A DNA stretch of 64,000 nucleotides from an uncultured Actinomycetota bacterium (GTDB lineage: Bacteria > Actinomycetota > Actinomycetes > JAFAQI01), in the NCBI GenBank assembly GCA_963770565.1, contig CAVYQE010000002.1:1-64000 (forward strand), given 5' to 3'. Numbering within the stretch: position 1 is the stretch's first letter; every line of letters begins with the position of its first letter. The notes below the pieces were generated by a model. It worked only from the letters and a program-made list of their open reading frames with translations, made no database searches and was not told where the DNA came from. Positions 45,964 to 56,289 of this stretch are shown one piece after another. The position numbers and the translations under genes were made by a program.

Positions 45964-46728
45964 ATGGACCTCGGACTCGGCGGGAAGGTCGGACTCGTCA
46001 CCGGTGTCAGTTCCGGCATCGGTGCGGCCGCTGCGGATGCGCTCATCGCCGAAGGGATGCGCGTCTTCGGCACCAGCCGGGGCTCGCCCGAGCCGCGGGC
46101 CGACCTCGCGCACGCGAGCATCGACATGGGCGCTGCAGACGCGGGCGACAAAGCCGTTGCCGGCTGCATCGAGACATTCGGTCGCCTCGACGTGTTGGTG
46201 AACAACGTCGGCAGCGGTCGAATCGGCACCGGCTTCGTCGACGAATCCGACGACATCTGGCAGCAGTACTGGAATCTCAACTTCATGTCCGCGGTTCGCA
46301 CGGCGCGTTCAGCGCTGCCATTCCTGGCCGAGAGCCGGGGTGTCATCGTGAACGTCTCGAGCATCAATGGCCGTTTGCCTGAAGCAGGCATCTACTCCTA
46401 CAGCGCCACCAAGGCGGCGATGAACAACCTCACCGTCAATCTCGCACGCGAGTACGCCGGGCGCGGAGTTCGGGTCGTCGGCGTCGCGCCCGGTCCGGTC
46501 GACACCCCGTTATGGCTCGGACCGTACGGCGTCGCCGCGCAGGTCTCCGCGATGGGCGGCGGCGACGCCGAATCGATCATCGCGGGTGCCCGACAGGAGG
46601 TGCCGATCGGTCGGTTCAGCTCGGCAGCGGAGGTCGGCGCCCTGATCGCCTTCCTGTCGAGCGAGCGGGCCGGATCGATCACGGGCACCACCGTCACGAT
46701 CGACGGGGGCATCACACCGACCACCTGA
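45964..46728 (+). CDS. SDR family oxidoreductase
   Basis: TGVSSGIG, NNVG, YSATK, IDGG; TACGCT -10 box 7 nt upstream. Confidence 0.9.
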   Translation: MDLGLGGKVGLVTGVSSGIGAAAADALIAEGMRVFGTSRGSPEPRADLAHASIDMGAADAGDKAVAGCIETFGRLDVLVNNVGSGRIGTGFVDESDDIWQQYWNLNFMSAVRTARSALPFLAESRGVIVNVSSINGRLPEAGIYSYSATKAAMNNLTVNLAREYAGRGVRVVGVAPGPVDTPLWLGPYGVAAQVSAMGGGDAESIIAGARQEVPIGRFSSAAEVGALIAFLSSERAGSITGTTVTIDGGITPTT

Positions 46729-46730
46729 GG

Positions 46731-47276
46731 TCAGAAGACGAAGGGGATCAGCATCTTCGTCGAGTCCCGGTACGCCGGATAGGTGTCCGGGAACTTCTCG
46801 GTCATGTACCGCTGCTCCATGACCGCGCTGTAGACGAAGTAGCCACCGAGCAGGACCACGATCACGAGCCACTGCACGCTCACCGCGATGGCGGTGCCGG
46901 TCATGGCGAGGATCAGGCCGGAGTAGATCGGGTTCCGGATCCAGTGGTACGGACCGGTGGTGACTAGCTCCGGATCGACCTTCTCCGACATCGGCGAACC
47001 CCAGTTGCGGCCGAGGTGCACCCGGGCCCAGACCGCCAGCGCCAGCCCCGCCACGAACAGCGGCAATCCGATCGCCCCGAGCACGGGGTCGTGGGTCACA
47101 GCGTGACGGAAGGCCGGGATCCGCTCGAGGACCAGGATCACCACCACGATCACGATCCGGTCGCCAGCGAATCTCCCCCATCGGGTTCGACCGGATTTCG
47201 CGCCAGCGGCGGCAAGCAGCCAGCCAATCGCGAAAACGACCCAGCCGACGCCGATGACGATGTCGGTGGCACGCAT
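46731..47276 (-). CDS. Isoprenylcysteine carboxylmethyltransferase (ICMT/PEMT) family
   Basis: HLGRNWG, LVTTGPYHWIRNPIYSG, YPAY...LIPF. Confidence 0.85.
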   Translation of the reverse strand: MRATDIVIGVGWVVFAIGWLLAAAGAKSGRTRWGRFAGDRIVIVVVILVLERIPAFRHAVTHDPVLGAIGLPLFVAGLALAVWARVHLGRNWGSPMSEKVDPELVTTGPYHWIRNPIYSGLILAMTGTAIAVSVQWLVIVVLLGGYFVYSAVMEQRYMTEKFPDTYPAYRDSTKMLIPFVF

Positions 47277-47309
47277 GATTGGCTACAGACGGTACTCGGC
47301 GCGCGATCG

Positions 47310-47789
47310 CTAGGCGCGACGAGACAACGTCATCTCCCAGTTGGTCCGCCAGCTCGCCCCGCCGTCCGCGCTAAATGCCTGCCGCCAGACCGGGTGAGTC
47401 TTGTCGGCGGTCCACTCGAAGCGAACCTCCGTCGGTCGCCCGGCGATGACGTCGTGGCAGGTGAACACCCCGATCCCGTCGCTGAACGCCCCGACAACCG
47501 GTGGATCGAGCCGGCCCGGCGCGCGGGTCGAGCTCCACCAGATGCTCCACGTGCTCAAGGCCGGATCGAACAACCGCAGGGTGAAACCCTCGAACGGTGC
47601 GCCATCCGGCGGGTCAGGGACGAACATCCGGTCGACGTGCCCGATCCCGGCGAGGACGTTGAAGGCCTCGCTGGTCGCCTCGAACTCGACCCAGTCGCTG
47701 CATTCCGGGTCGGTGACGTCACGCAACTTGCGGTTGTGAACGCTCCAGCGCCCGATGATGAAGTCGAAATCGTGGTTAGGGTTGCTCAT
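47310..47789 (-). CDS. Conserved hypothetical protein (DUF1579-like)
   Basis: HDFDFIIGRWSVHNR...WSIWW...WRQAFSADGGASWRTNW. Confidence 0.75.
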   Translation of the reverse strand: MSNPNHDFDFIIGRWSVHNRKLRDVTDPECSDWVEFEATSEAFNVLAGIGHVDRMFVPDPPDGAPFEGFTLRLFDPALSTWSIWWSSTRAPGRLDPPVVGAFSDGIGVFTCHDVIAGRPTEVRFEWTADKTHPVWRQAFSADGGASWRTNWEMTLSRRA

Positions 47790-47840
47790 AGCCCTCGTCA
47801 TACATCGAGCCACCGACAGCGGGAAGCCCGGAGCTGGCCG

Positions 47841-48125
47841 TCACAGAACGTGGAACTCGATCCGGTAGACCAGCGTCTCGTCGTCGATCGGGCCGGCATG
47901 GGCCGCGCGCTGCCGCAACGTCTCGCGGTCTCGCTCCCCGGAACGCGCGACGTCCTCGGCTGATACCGCCGAGAAGGGCAGCAGCTCGACTGAGTCGACC
48001 TCGATGTCGAACCCGTGGCTCGCGTAGCGCCCGCCGGTCTTCACCTTGGGCCGCGACCAGAGTCTGATCGACACCGTGATGTCGCCGGCGGCAACCCGAT
48101 CGCGCAGCTCCGGGCTGAACATCAC
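47841..48125 (-). CDS. Small ASCH/PUA-like domain protein
   Basis: FSPELRDRVAAGDITVSIRLW...DVARSG...VYRIEF. Confidence 0.65.
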   Translation of the reverse strand: MMFSPELRDRVAAGDITVSIRLWSRPKVKTGGRYASHGFDIEVDSVELLPFSAVSAEDVARSGERDRETLRQRAAHAGPIDDETLVYRIEFHVL

Positions 48126-48156
48126 CCGCCCACGGTAAGTCGCTGCGCTGGCGTAA

Positions 48157-49446
48157 TCAGGTACGGGCAGTTGCGAGGCCCAGCCGCTTACTGCCGAGAC
48201 CAGGGAAGACCTTGCCGGTGCTGACGCCACAACGCTTCTCCAGCAGCTCGGCCAGGATCGTGCGGTAGTCGTTCGCACCGGCCAGGTTGCCGAGCACCAG
48301 GTCGGAGTCGGCCAGCCCCGGCCAGCGACCGTAGACGCTGCCGCCCTTGACGCCGCCGCCGAGGACGAACACCGCGTTGCCATGACCGTGGTCGAGGCCC
48401 CCGGAGTCGTTCTCCATCACCCGTCGACCGAACTCGGACAGCGTGACCACGACGATGTTCGACATCGCCGAGCCGAGGTCGGTCGCGAACGCGGCGAGCG
48501 CCTGACCGAGACCGGTCAGGTTGCCGTACATCCAGCCGTTCGTCGGAGCGCCCAGCCCGACATGCATGTCCCAGTTGCCGCAGTCGACCGCCGCGACCCG
48601 CAGCCCGACGCCGGCCTTGATCAGCTGCGCCACGTTGCTCAGCGAGCCACCGACATCGTCGTTCGGGTACGACGCGCCGTTTGCCGGCGTGTACTTCGCG
48701 GCTGAGAGTGTCTGCGTGGTCTTCAACGCCGCGAGCGTGGTCCGGGCCGGCGCCGACACCAGTTCCGGAGCGCCGTGCTGGAGCTCGCGCAGCGCGGTGT
48801 GCCAGGACGCGACATCGGCGCTCGAGGCACCGCTCAACGCGAACGAGCTCAACGTCTGCATCGCGGTGACCGGATAGTTGCCACTCATCGACGACGGCGC
48901 CGTCGCGGGGCCGACCGAGCTCGCCGCAAACGGCGTCCCGCTGCCGGTGGCGCCCGCCATCCGGTCGATCCAGCCGGTTCGGATCGTCGACCCCGGCGCG
49001 GCGCGCTCCATCTCCTCCATCGCCTCGAAGTGCGACATGGTCGGGTCCTTCTGGCCGACCGCGTGCACGAACGCGAGCTGGCCGGCATTCCAGAGCGGGA
49101 TCAGCGGCGCGAGCGCCTGGTTCATGCCGAACATCGAGTCGAGGGTGAACAGCTGCGAGGACGGGATGCCGATGCTCGGTCGGTTGGGTGCGTAGTGCGG
49201 GTCGCCGGCCGGCACGATCGCGGACAGGCCGTCGAAACCGCCGCGCAGGCTCACGACCACCAGTACGTCGCCGTCGTACCCGGAGTCGGCGAACGCCAGC
49301 TGGGTCGAGCCGAACGGCCCGAACCCGCTGACCATCCCGAGTGCGGCGAGGCCGGCCGCACCGCCGAGGAACCCGCGGCGGCTCAGCCGCGCGCCCTCGC
49401 ACTCGCTGCACCCGATCATGGCCGGGGAGCCGACGTCGCTGTTCAT
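48157..49446 (-). CDS. DUF1501 protein with Tat signal
   Basis: SRRGFLG, LRGGFDGLS, SHFEA, WDMH, SEFGRR, DHGHG, GGGVKGG. Confidence 0.88.
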   Translation of the reverse strand: MNSDVGSPAMIGCSECEGARLSRRGFLGGAAGLAALGMVSGFGPFGSTQLAFADSGYDGDVLVVVSLRGGFDGLSAIVPAGDPHYAPNRPSIGIPSSQLFTLDSMFGMNQALAPLIPLWNAGQLAFVHAVGQKDPTMSHFEAMEEMERAAPGSTIRTGWIDRMAGATGSGTPFAASSVGPATAPSSMSGNYPVTAMQTLSSFALSGASSADVASWHTALRELQHGAPELVSAPARTTLAALKTTQTLSAAKYTPANGASYPNDDVGGSLSNVAQLIKAGVGLRVAAVDCGNWDMHVGLGAPTNGWMYGNLTGLGQALAAFATDLGSAMSNIVVVTLSEFGRRVMENDSGGLDHGHGNAVFVLGGGVKGGSVYGRWPGLADSDLVLGNLAGANDYRTILAELLEKRCGVSTGKVFPGLGSKRLGLATART

Positions 49447-50972
49447 CGCATCGCCTGGTGTGAGCTGTCGAGGATCAGTGCGACCAGGTACGGCAACCGC
49501 CAGGTGACCGCTTCGTCGTCGGCGGTCAACGGCGTGCCCGGCTTGCTGCCCACGAAGCGGGTCAGCGCGGAGCGCTGCACCCCATTGAGCGCGGGCACGT
49601 TGAGCGCGGCCGCAAGCGAGTCGACCAGGTGTCCGTGTGTCTTCGGCAACGGCTTCGGAACGAAGGAGTCGAGCTTGGTAAACCGCAGGCCGGCCGGCCA
49701 CCATTGACCGGCGAGGCTCATGTGGGCGTTCCACTTCCCGAGCGTCGCGGAGGTCGACGACCAGGCCGCTGCGGTGTCGGCGTACCCGTTCGGCGCGTGC
49801 CAGCCGAGCGGCGGCTGGCCGACCGTGCTGGCCAACCACTGCAGCTCCCGGACCGCACTCGTCCCGTGCTTCGGCGGCTCGATCCGCAGCACCCGAAGGG
49901 TGGCGATCATGTCCTCGTACGGCGTGCGCACCTTCTCGTTCACCGAGCGCGCGAACTCCGGCGAGGCAAAGAGCTCGCGGAGCACCGGCACGATCTGCGT
50001 ACCGTGATGCCGGTAGGTCGCGGCCAGCCGGTTGACGAGCGAGCTCGGTGGGTTGTCCGACACGAACCGCACCGCGAGCTTGGTCGCAAGGTGACGGGCC
50101 GTGCTCGGGTGGTGGGCGAGGTAGCGGAGGTACTCCATCGCGACGCCCTCGCCCTTGGCCGCCGAGTGGTTGCCCGAATGGAAGCCCATCACCTTGACCG
50201 GGCCGACGTGGTGCATCCAAGGCTTGTACTCGAACTCGCCACCCTCCGGCTGCACGGACAGCCCGGTGAGGATCAGCGCGCTGTTGTGTACGTCCTTCTG
50301 CGAGTAGCCGGCGGTGATGCCGACGGTGTGCAGCTCGAGCAGCTCGCGGCCCCAGTTCTCGTTCGGGGCGGCGCCGGTGCTCTCCGCGTTGCCGAGGTAG
50401 TTGAGCATGGCCGGCGCCTTGCCGGTCGCGCAGATCATGTCGCTGAATGACCCGAGGGCGTGCTTGCGGATCACGTCGCGGTCGAACAGGTGCCGGCTGT
50501 CCCACACGTCGCTGCTCGGGCAGGTGACGTTGAGGTGGTTCGACCAGAAGTCGACCATGATCTCGAGCAGCTGCCGCTTCGACCAGATCGCGCGGGCGAT
50601 GTGCGTGTCGACCAGGTCGAACATGACATCCCAGTCGCCGTCCTGCAGATGCTTGCGCACCTGCCAGGTGTTCCACTTCAACCGCGGCCAGCGCTTGAGC
50701 AGATGCTCCATCGCGTCGTCGTTGACCCGACCGGGGTGCAGCTGGTCCTCAAGCCACGCCGTCGTGCCGCGCTTCTCGACCTCTCGGGTCAGTGCAGGGG
50801 TCGCGCCGTACGTCGCACGCCTCAGCAGATGCGCAACGACGGAGGGCTTGGGGTGCTTGGAATGGCGGGCCTGCCCCGCAGCCGCCCAGGCATCGTCGAG
50901 GCCGCCGGTTGCCGAGGCGGCCAGCACTGCCGCTCCGGTCATCGCACCGAACTCGCGACGCGTGACAGGCAC
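49443..50972 (-). CDS. DUF1800 protein with Tat signal (start approximate)
   Basis: TRREFG, HLLRRATYG, FWSNHLNV, PAMLNYL, NENWGRELLELHTVG, KVRTP. Confidence 0.88.
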   Translation of the reverse strand: MPVTRREFGAMTGAAVLAASATGGLDDAWAAAGQARHSKHPKPSVVAHLLRRATYGATPALTREVEKRGTTAWLEDQLHPGRVNDDAMEHLLKRWPRLKWNTWQVRKHLQDGDWDVMFDLVDTHIARAIWSKRQLLEIMVDFWSNHLNVTCPSSDVWDSRHLFDRDVIRKHALGSFSDMICATGKAPAMLNYLGNAESTGAAPNENWGRELLELHTVGITAGYSQKDVHNSALILTGLSVQPEGGEFEYKPWMHHVGPVKVMGFHSGNHSAAKGEGVAMEYLRYLAHHPSTARHLATKLAVRFVSDNPPSSLVNRLAATYRHHGTQIVPVLRELFASPEFARSVNEKVRTPYEDMIATLRVLRIEPPKHGTSAVRELQWLASTVGQPPLGWHAPNGYADTAAAWSSTSATLGKWNAHMSLAGQWWPAGLRFTKLDSFVPKPLPKTHGHLVDSLAAALNVPALNGVQRSALTRFVGSKPGTPLTADDEAVTWRLPYLVALILDSSHQAMR

Positions 50973-51077
50973 ACTCCGATATCGGCATCGCGGATGGACC
51001 GCTTCAGTTGCTGCCTTCGCGCGTTGAAGATCACCCATTCGCACTACCGTTGGTGCGCAGAGCGCGGAGGTGAGCAG

Positions 51078-51659
51078 ATGGACATCGCAGTGATCGGCAC
51101 CGGCTTCATCGGAGGCACGCTCGGCCGGTCATTGGCCGGATCGGGCCACCGGGTCGTCTTCGGCTCACGCCATCCGGGCGACGATCCGGTCGCGGCCGAC
51201 ACCTCGGCAACGGTCGACACGATCGGTTCCGCGCTCGGCGCCGCAGATGTCGTGATCCTCGCCGTTCCCGGCGCAGCGGTGGGAGTCGTCACCGACGAGT
51301 ACGCCGACACGCTGGCCGGCAAGCTGGTGATCGATGCGACCAACCGGACCGGGCAACCGGTCGCCAACGCCCGCGCCGTGCTGCCGGCCACGATCCGGTA
51401 CGCGCGCGCGTTCAACTCCCTCGGCGGGGAGAACATGGCCGACCCGGTGTTCTCGGACGGCCCGGCGGACATGTTCTTCTCGGCCCCCGAGGCCGACCGC
51501 GGCACGGTCGAGACCGTGATCGAGGGGGTCGGCCTTCACCCGATCTACGTCGGCGAGGACCAGGAAGCGCTGATCGATGCGTTGTTCCAGCTCTGGATCA
51601 CCCTCGCGATGAAGCAGGGCCGCGGCCGCCGCCTCGCACTGCGGCTGCTCGACCGCTAG
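51078..51659 (+). CDS. NADPH-dependent F420 reductase-like dinucleotide-binding protein
   Basis: IGTGFIG, FGSR, ILAVP, IDATN, RAFN; GGAGG RBS. Confidence 0.8.
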   Translation: MDIAVIGTGFIGGTLGRSLAGSGHRVVFGSRHPGDDPVAADTSATVDTIGSALGAADVVILAVPGAAVGVVTDEYADTLAGKLVIDATNRTGQPVANARAVLPATIRYARAFNSLGGENMADPVFSDGPADMFFSAPEADRGTVETVIEGVGLHPIYVGEDQEALIDALFQLWITLAMKQGRGRRLALRLLDR

Positions 51660-51706
51660 TCGCAGCGACGAAGAAACTGCCTCTCGACAGCAGGCGCGGT
51701 CCCGAG

Positions 51707-51721
51707 TAATATACCCGGTAT
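51707..51721 (+). promoter_or_regulatory. TAATAT -10 box overlapping palindrome ATACCCGGTAT (candidate PadR site)
   Basis: Directly upstream of padR. Confidence 0.45.
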
Positions 51722-51756
51722 CATACTGGACGGAGCCTCCCGATGAATGCAGCCCG

Positions 51757-52341
51757 ATGAGCGTGCGGCACGCGTTGCTCGCGCTGCTCAGCGAGGGCCC
51801 GAAGTACGGGCTTCAGCTGCGCCAGGAGTTCGAAGCCGGCACCGGCGAGGTCTGGCCGCTGAACGTCGGGCAGGTCTATACGACGCTCCAGCGGCTGGAG
51901 CGCGACGGCCTGGTCGAGTCCGACGACGATGGCGAGGACGGCGGTCCGCAGAAGGACTTCCGGATCACCGCAGACGGCGAAGCCGAGCTCGCCGAATGGC
52001 TGCGCACTCCCCCCGACCTGTCCTCGCCGCCCCGCGACGAGCTCGTCATCAAGGTGCTCATCGCGTTGCGCGTGCCGGGCACCGACATCGGCGAAGTGAT
52101 CCAGTCTCACCGGCGCTACCTGGTCGAGCTCATGCAGGAGTGGACCCGGCTCAAAGAACACTCCGGCGACCGCGACCTCAACTTCACCCTGGTCGTCGAC
52201 GCCGAGCTGTATCGCCTCGACTCGGCGATCCGCTGGCTCGACGCCGCGGACGGCCGGATCAAGCGAGCTGCGGACGATCCGCCGGTGCGGCCGAGCGTCG
52301 CCCTACCCAAGCTTCCGAGAAAGGCAGGAGCACCACGATGA
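51757..52341 (+). CDS. PadR family transcriptional regulator
   Basis: MSVRHALLALL...YGLQL...GQVYTTLQRLERDG. Confidence 0.92.
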   Translation: MSVRHALLALLSEGPKYGLQLRQEFEAGTGEVWPLNVGQVYTTLQRLERDGLVESDDDGEDGGPQKDFRITADGEAELAEWLRTPPDLSSPPRDELVIKVLIALRVPGTDIGEVIQSHRRYLVELMQEWTRLKEHSGDRDLNFTLVVDAELYRLDSAIRWLDAADGRIKRAADDPPVRPSVALPKLPRKAGAPR

Positions 52342-53061
52342 GCACGCTGGAGTTACGAGCGGTGTCGAAGGTGTACGGCGACGGACCGACCGAGGTCCAT
52401 GCGCTGCGTGACATCAGCCTGACCGTCGACCAGGGAGAGCTGGTCGCAGTGATGGGCCCGAGCGGCTCGGGCAAGAGCACGCTGCTGACGATCGCGGGCA
52501 GCCTCGAGGAGCCCACCACCGGCGAGGTCGTCGTCGGCGGCGCAGTGGTGTCCCGGATGTCGCGCGGCGGACCGGGCGAGACTCCGGCGCCGCTTCATCG
52601 GCTTCGTCTTCCAGGACTTCAACCTGCTCAACGGCCTCACCGCCGCGGAGAACGTCTCGCTGCCGCTGGAGCTGGACGGCATGGCGGCGAAGGCTGCCCG
52701 AGCGGTCGGCATGGCCATCCTCGACGACCTCGGGCTGTCCGCGCGTGCCGACCGGATGCCCGACGAGCTCTCCGGCGGCGAGCGCCAGCGGGTGGCGATC
52801 GCGCGAGCGATCGTCGGCGACCGCAAGCTGCTGCTGGCCGACGAGCCCTCCGGTGCGTTGGACTCCGCGAACGGCGAGGCGGTGATGCGGATGATCCGCG
52901 CGGCCTGTCGCAACGGCGTCGCGGGGATCGTCGTCACCCACGACGCGCAGCTTGCGTCCTGGGCCGACCGGGTCGTCTTCTTGCGCGACGGGGCAGTCGT
53001 CGACCAGACCACACCCCATGACGGGCCCGAGTCGCTGCTGGCCCGCGAACGCCGATCATGA
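52338..53061 (+). CDS. ABC transporter ATP-binding protein (LolD/MacB-type), frameshift near 52570
   Basis: GPSGSGKS in the first frame; FVFQDFNL, LSGGERQR, LADEP and VVTH in the second. Confidence 0.88.
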
Positions 53062-55619
53062 CGACCGCGCTCGCCGACCGGCCGGCCGGGAAGGCCACGA
53101 GCGACCGCAGCCCGGCCGCCCGGCGCGCGGTCAATCGGTGGGCCTGGCGGCTGTTCCGCCGGGAGTGGCGGCGCCAGGCTCTGATTCTCGGCCTGCTCGC
53201 CTTTGCGATGGCGGCCATCACGGTCGGTCTCGGGACGGCATCCAATGCGGCCGGCCTCAAGCCCGACCCGACCTTCGGTACGGCGAACACGATCTTGACC
53301 GTCACCGGGTCGGACCCGCAGCTGGCCGCGGACCTGGCCGCGATCAAGGGCGAGTTCGGCACCGTCGACGTGATCGCGCACCGGTCGATCCCGATTCCGG
53401 GCTCGATCGCCAGCATTGACCTGCGCGCCGAGAGCCCGACCGCCGCCTTCGCGGGCCCGACCCTCGCCCTCGATGCCGGCCATTACCCAACCGCACCCGG
53501 AGAGGTCGCCGTCACGAAGTCGGTCGCGACCGCGTTCGGTCTGTCGATCGGCAGCACCTGGCAGGCGGCCGGCCGCTCGTACCGCGTCGTCGGCCTGGTC
53601 GAGAACCCGCTCGACCTGCTCGACGAGTTCGCCATGGTGGCGCCGGGCCAGGCCAACCCGCCGGAATCGGTCTCGGTCCTTCTCAACGCCAGCCGGCAAC
53701 AGCTGCAGACCTTCCGGCTGTCCGGCGGACGCGGTCTGGACATCAACAGCCGATCCGCGGCCGGCCAGGCGGCGGGCGCCGCGATCGTCCTCATCCTCGG
53801 CACCCTCGGACTGCTGTTCGTCGGGTTGGTGTCGATGGCCGGCTTCACCGTCCTCGCGCAGCGCCGGTTGCGGGCGCTCGGCATGCTGGGCGCGCTCGGG
53901 GCGAGCGACCGGGACATCCGCCGGGTGATGCTCGCGAACGGGGCGGCCGTCGGCGGCACGGCAGCCGTCGTCGGCGCGGCGATCGGACTGGTCGCGTGGT
54001 TTGCCCTGACGCCCGCGCTGCAGTCGTTGACCAACCAGCGGATCGACCGGTTCGACCTGCCGTGGTGGGCGATCGCGGTCGCGATGGCGCTGGCGGTCGC
54101 GACCGCGATCGGCGCCGCGTGGTGGCCGGCCCGGGCCGCGGCCAGGATCTCGGTCGTGTCAGCGCTGTCCGGGCGCGCGTCGCGCCCGCACCCCGCACAT
54201 CGCTTCGCGGCCGGCGGCGCGGTGCTGCTCGCGGTCGGCGTCCTGCTGCTCGTGTTCGCCGACGGCCATCGCGCGCCGATGATCATCGCCGGCACTCTGG
54301 CCACGCCGATCGGCCTCGTGCTGCTCGCGCCGATCGCGCTCACGGCCGCGGGAGCGGCGGGCGGGCGCGCTCCGGTCCCGGTTCGCCTCGCGGTCCGCGA
54401 CCTGTCCCGCTTCCGCGCGCGGTCGGGGGCGGCACTCAGCGCGATCACGCTCGCGATCGGCATCGCGGCCACGATTGCGATCGCGGCGGCCGCCTCGCGA
54501 CCGCCGACCACCGCGGGGAACCTGCCGAGCAACCAGCTCGTCGTCTACCTCACGGCGGCCGGGCCGGGCGCCGGCCAGGTGGCGGCGTTGAGCCCCGCTC
54601 AGATTGCGGCCGCGACCGTGCAGGTCGATCGCTTTGCCTCGGCGATCGGGGCCGGTCGGCCACTCGCCCTCGATCAGGCCTACGACCCGAACGGCCCGCT
54701 CTCGGCGCCCCCGATTGCCCAGGGATCGGGTTCCGGCCGCAAGAGTGTCGGTCCCGGGTCCGACGGGACCGCCGCCGGGCAGGGCGGCGGATACGCGACC
54801 GCGAACCTCGCCGTCGTCACGGCCAACGGCCGAGGCATTTCGGCGTCCCAGATGACCCCGCTCTACGTCGCGACCCCCGCGGTGCTCGCGCATTACGGCC
54901 TGTCCCCGACCCTCGTGGGCTCCACCGCCGACGTACTCACCGGGCAGTCCGGTCTGCTCCACCGGCAGCTCTTCGAGCCGGACGTTCGGGCGTCGTCTTC
55001 GCGGGTGCCCGGGCTGGCGCACCCGGCGATCACCGTGGTCCACGGGCTGCCGGCGTACACCTCGGCGCCCGGGACGCTGATCACCCGGCACGCCATGAGC
55101 GCGCTCGGGCTGCGGCCCATCCCGGCCGGATGGCTGGTGCAGACCGCGCACCCGCTCACCGCGAGCCAGATCCGTACGGCGCAGCGGGCCGCCGCCGTCG
55201 GCGGGCTCTACATCGAGACGAGGAACTCCCGGCACAGCCTGTCGGCACTGCAGACCTGGTCGACGCTGGCCGGTCTGCTGCTGGCCCTCGGCGTGCTGGC
55301 CATGACGGTCGGACTGATCCGGAGCGAGACCGGGCGCGACCTGCGGACCTTGGCCGCGAACGGCGCGAGCGGCACCGCGCGCCGAAACATCACCGCCGCG
55401 ACCGCCGCCACGCTGGCCCTGCTCGGCGCGATGCTCGGCACCGCCGGCGCCTACGCCGCGCTGCTCGCGTGGTATCGCAGCAACCTCACCCCGCTCGGCC
55501 ATGTGCCGGTCCTCGACCTGGTTCTCCTGCTGGTCGGCCTACCCGTGCTCGCCGGGATCGTTGCCTGGATGGTCGCCGGCCGCGAGCCGCCCGACCTCGG
55601 TCGGGCCGCGCTGGAGTAG
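53058..55619 (+). CDS. FtsX/MacB-like ABC permease
   Basis: Duplicated TM clusters with RRLRALGMLGALGA and RDLRTLAANGA motifs. Confidence 0.88.
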   Translation: MTTALADRPAGKATSDRSPAARRAVNRWAWRLFRREWRRQALILGLLAFAMAAITVGLGTASNAAGLKPDPTFGTANTILTVTGSDPQLAADLAAIKGEFGTVDVIAHRSIPIPGSIASIDLRAESPTAAFAGPTLALDAGHYPTAPGEVAVTKSVATAFGLSIGSTWQAAGRSYRVVGLVENPLDLLDEFAMVAPGQANPPESVSVLLNASRQQLQTFRLSGGRGLDINSRSAAGQAAGAAIVLILGTLGLLFVGLVSMAGFTVLAQRRLRALGMLGALGASDRDIRRVMLANGAAVGGTAAVVGAAIGLVAWFALTPALQSLTNQRIDRFDLPWWAIAVAMALAVATAIGAAWWPARAAARISVVSALSGRASRPHPAHRFAAGGAVLLAVGVLLLVFADGHRAPMIIAGTLATPIGLVLLAPIALTAAGAAGGRAPVPVRLAVRDLSRFRARSGAALSAITLAIGIAATIAIAAAASRPPTTAGNLPSNQLVVYLTAAGPGAGQVAALSPAQIAAATVQVDRFASAIGAGRPLALDQAYDPNGPLSAPPIAQGSGSGRKSVGPGSDGTAAGQGGGYATANLAVVTANGRGISASQMTPLYVATPAVLAHYGLSPTLVGSTADVLTGQSGLLHRQLFEPDVRASSSRVPGLAHPAITVVHGLPAYTSAPGTLITRHAMSALGLRPIPAGWLVQTAHPLTASQIRTAQRAAAVGGLYIETRNSRHSLSALQTWSTLAGLLLALGVLAMTVGLIRSETGRDLRTLAANGASGTARRNITAATAATLALLGAMLGTAGAYAALLAWYRSNLTPLGHVPVLDLVLLLVGLPVLAGIVAWMVAGREPPDLGRAALE

Positions 55620-56244
55620 CCGGTCGAGCCACCGCGGCAGCGGAGCCAGCCCGAGCACTCCGAGGGTGAAGCCCACGGTGATCCGGTTCCAGCGCCGCCA
55701 GCGGAAGACCATCGCGTGCATGTCGCCGGGCACCACGACGTAACCCGCCGTGCCGCCGGCGGCGAGGATCCGCGTCGGCGTACCGCCGGGACGCCCGCGG
55801 CGAGGTGACCACGTCGAGAGTGCCGTGCGCGATCACGACGGTCGCGGCGGCCAGCTGATCGACCGGGTCACCGTCTTCGACCCATGGGGCGAGCGCGCAG
55901 ATTCCGCGCACCGACGGGTCGTCACCGACCGCGAACGCGGTGCGGCCACCCATCGAGTGCCCGACCAGCGCGACCGGGACGTCGCCGTGGCGGCGGCGAA
56001 CCTCGTCGAGCGCCCAACGGGCGTCCGCGACCGGCGAGCGGTCTTCGCCGTTCCAGCCGCGGTACCGGTAGCGCACCAGCCACACCGCGAGACCGCGGCG
56101 GCGGCCACGCCGGTGCAGGAGCGCCGCGAACGGCCGCATCCGCGCCACCGCCAGCCGGCCCGACGCGCTCGGCTCGAAGCTGCTTGCCCGGCCACCGGGA
56201 AGCACGAGCGCGACCGCAGTGGTGGCGCCGGTCGCCGGACGCAC
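55539..56244 (-). CDS. Alpha/beta hydrolase, frameshift near 55772
   Basis: GHSMGG nucleophile, HGTLD, and the HAM motif in the shifted frame. Confidence 0.75.
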
Positions 56245-56289
56245 GTCGACCGACGGCGCGAACGCGGTGGGTTCGGCGGCGGCCGGGCG

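Noticed and set aside
48157-50676. 839-aa ORF suggesting a giant DUF1501 fusion
   Set aside because: The upstream half is an off-frame read of DUF1800; DUF1501 begins at 49446 with its own Tat signal
52560-52580. Programmed frameshifting in the ABC ATPase (and in chsH and the hydrolases)
   Set aside because: No slippery heptamer; scattered single-base insertions in unrelated genes point to sequencing error
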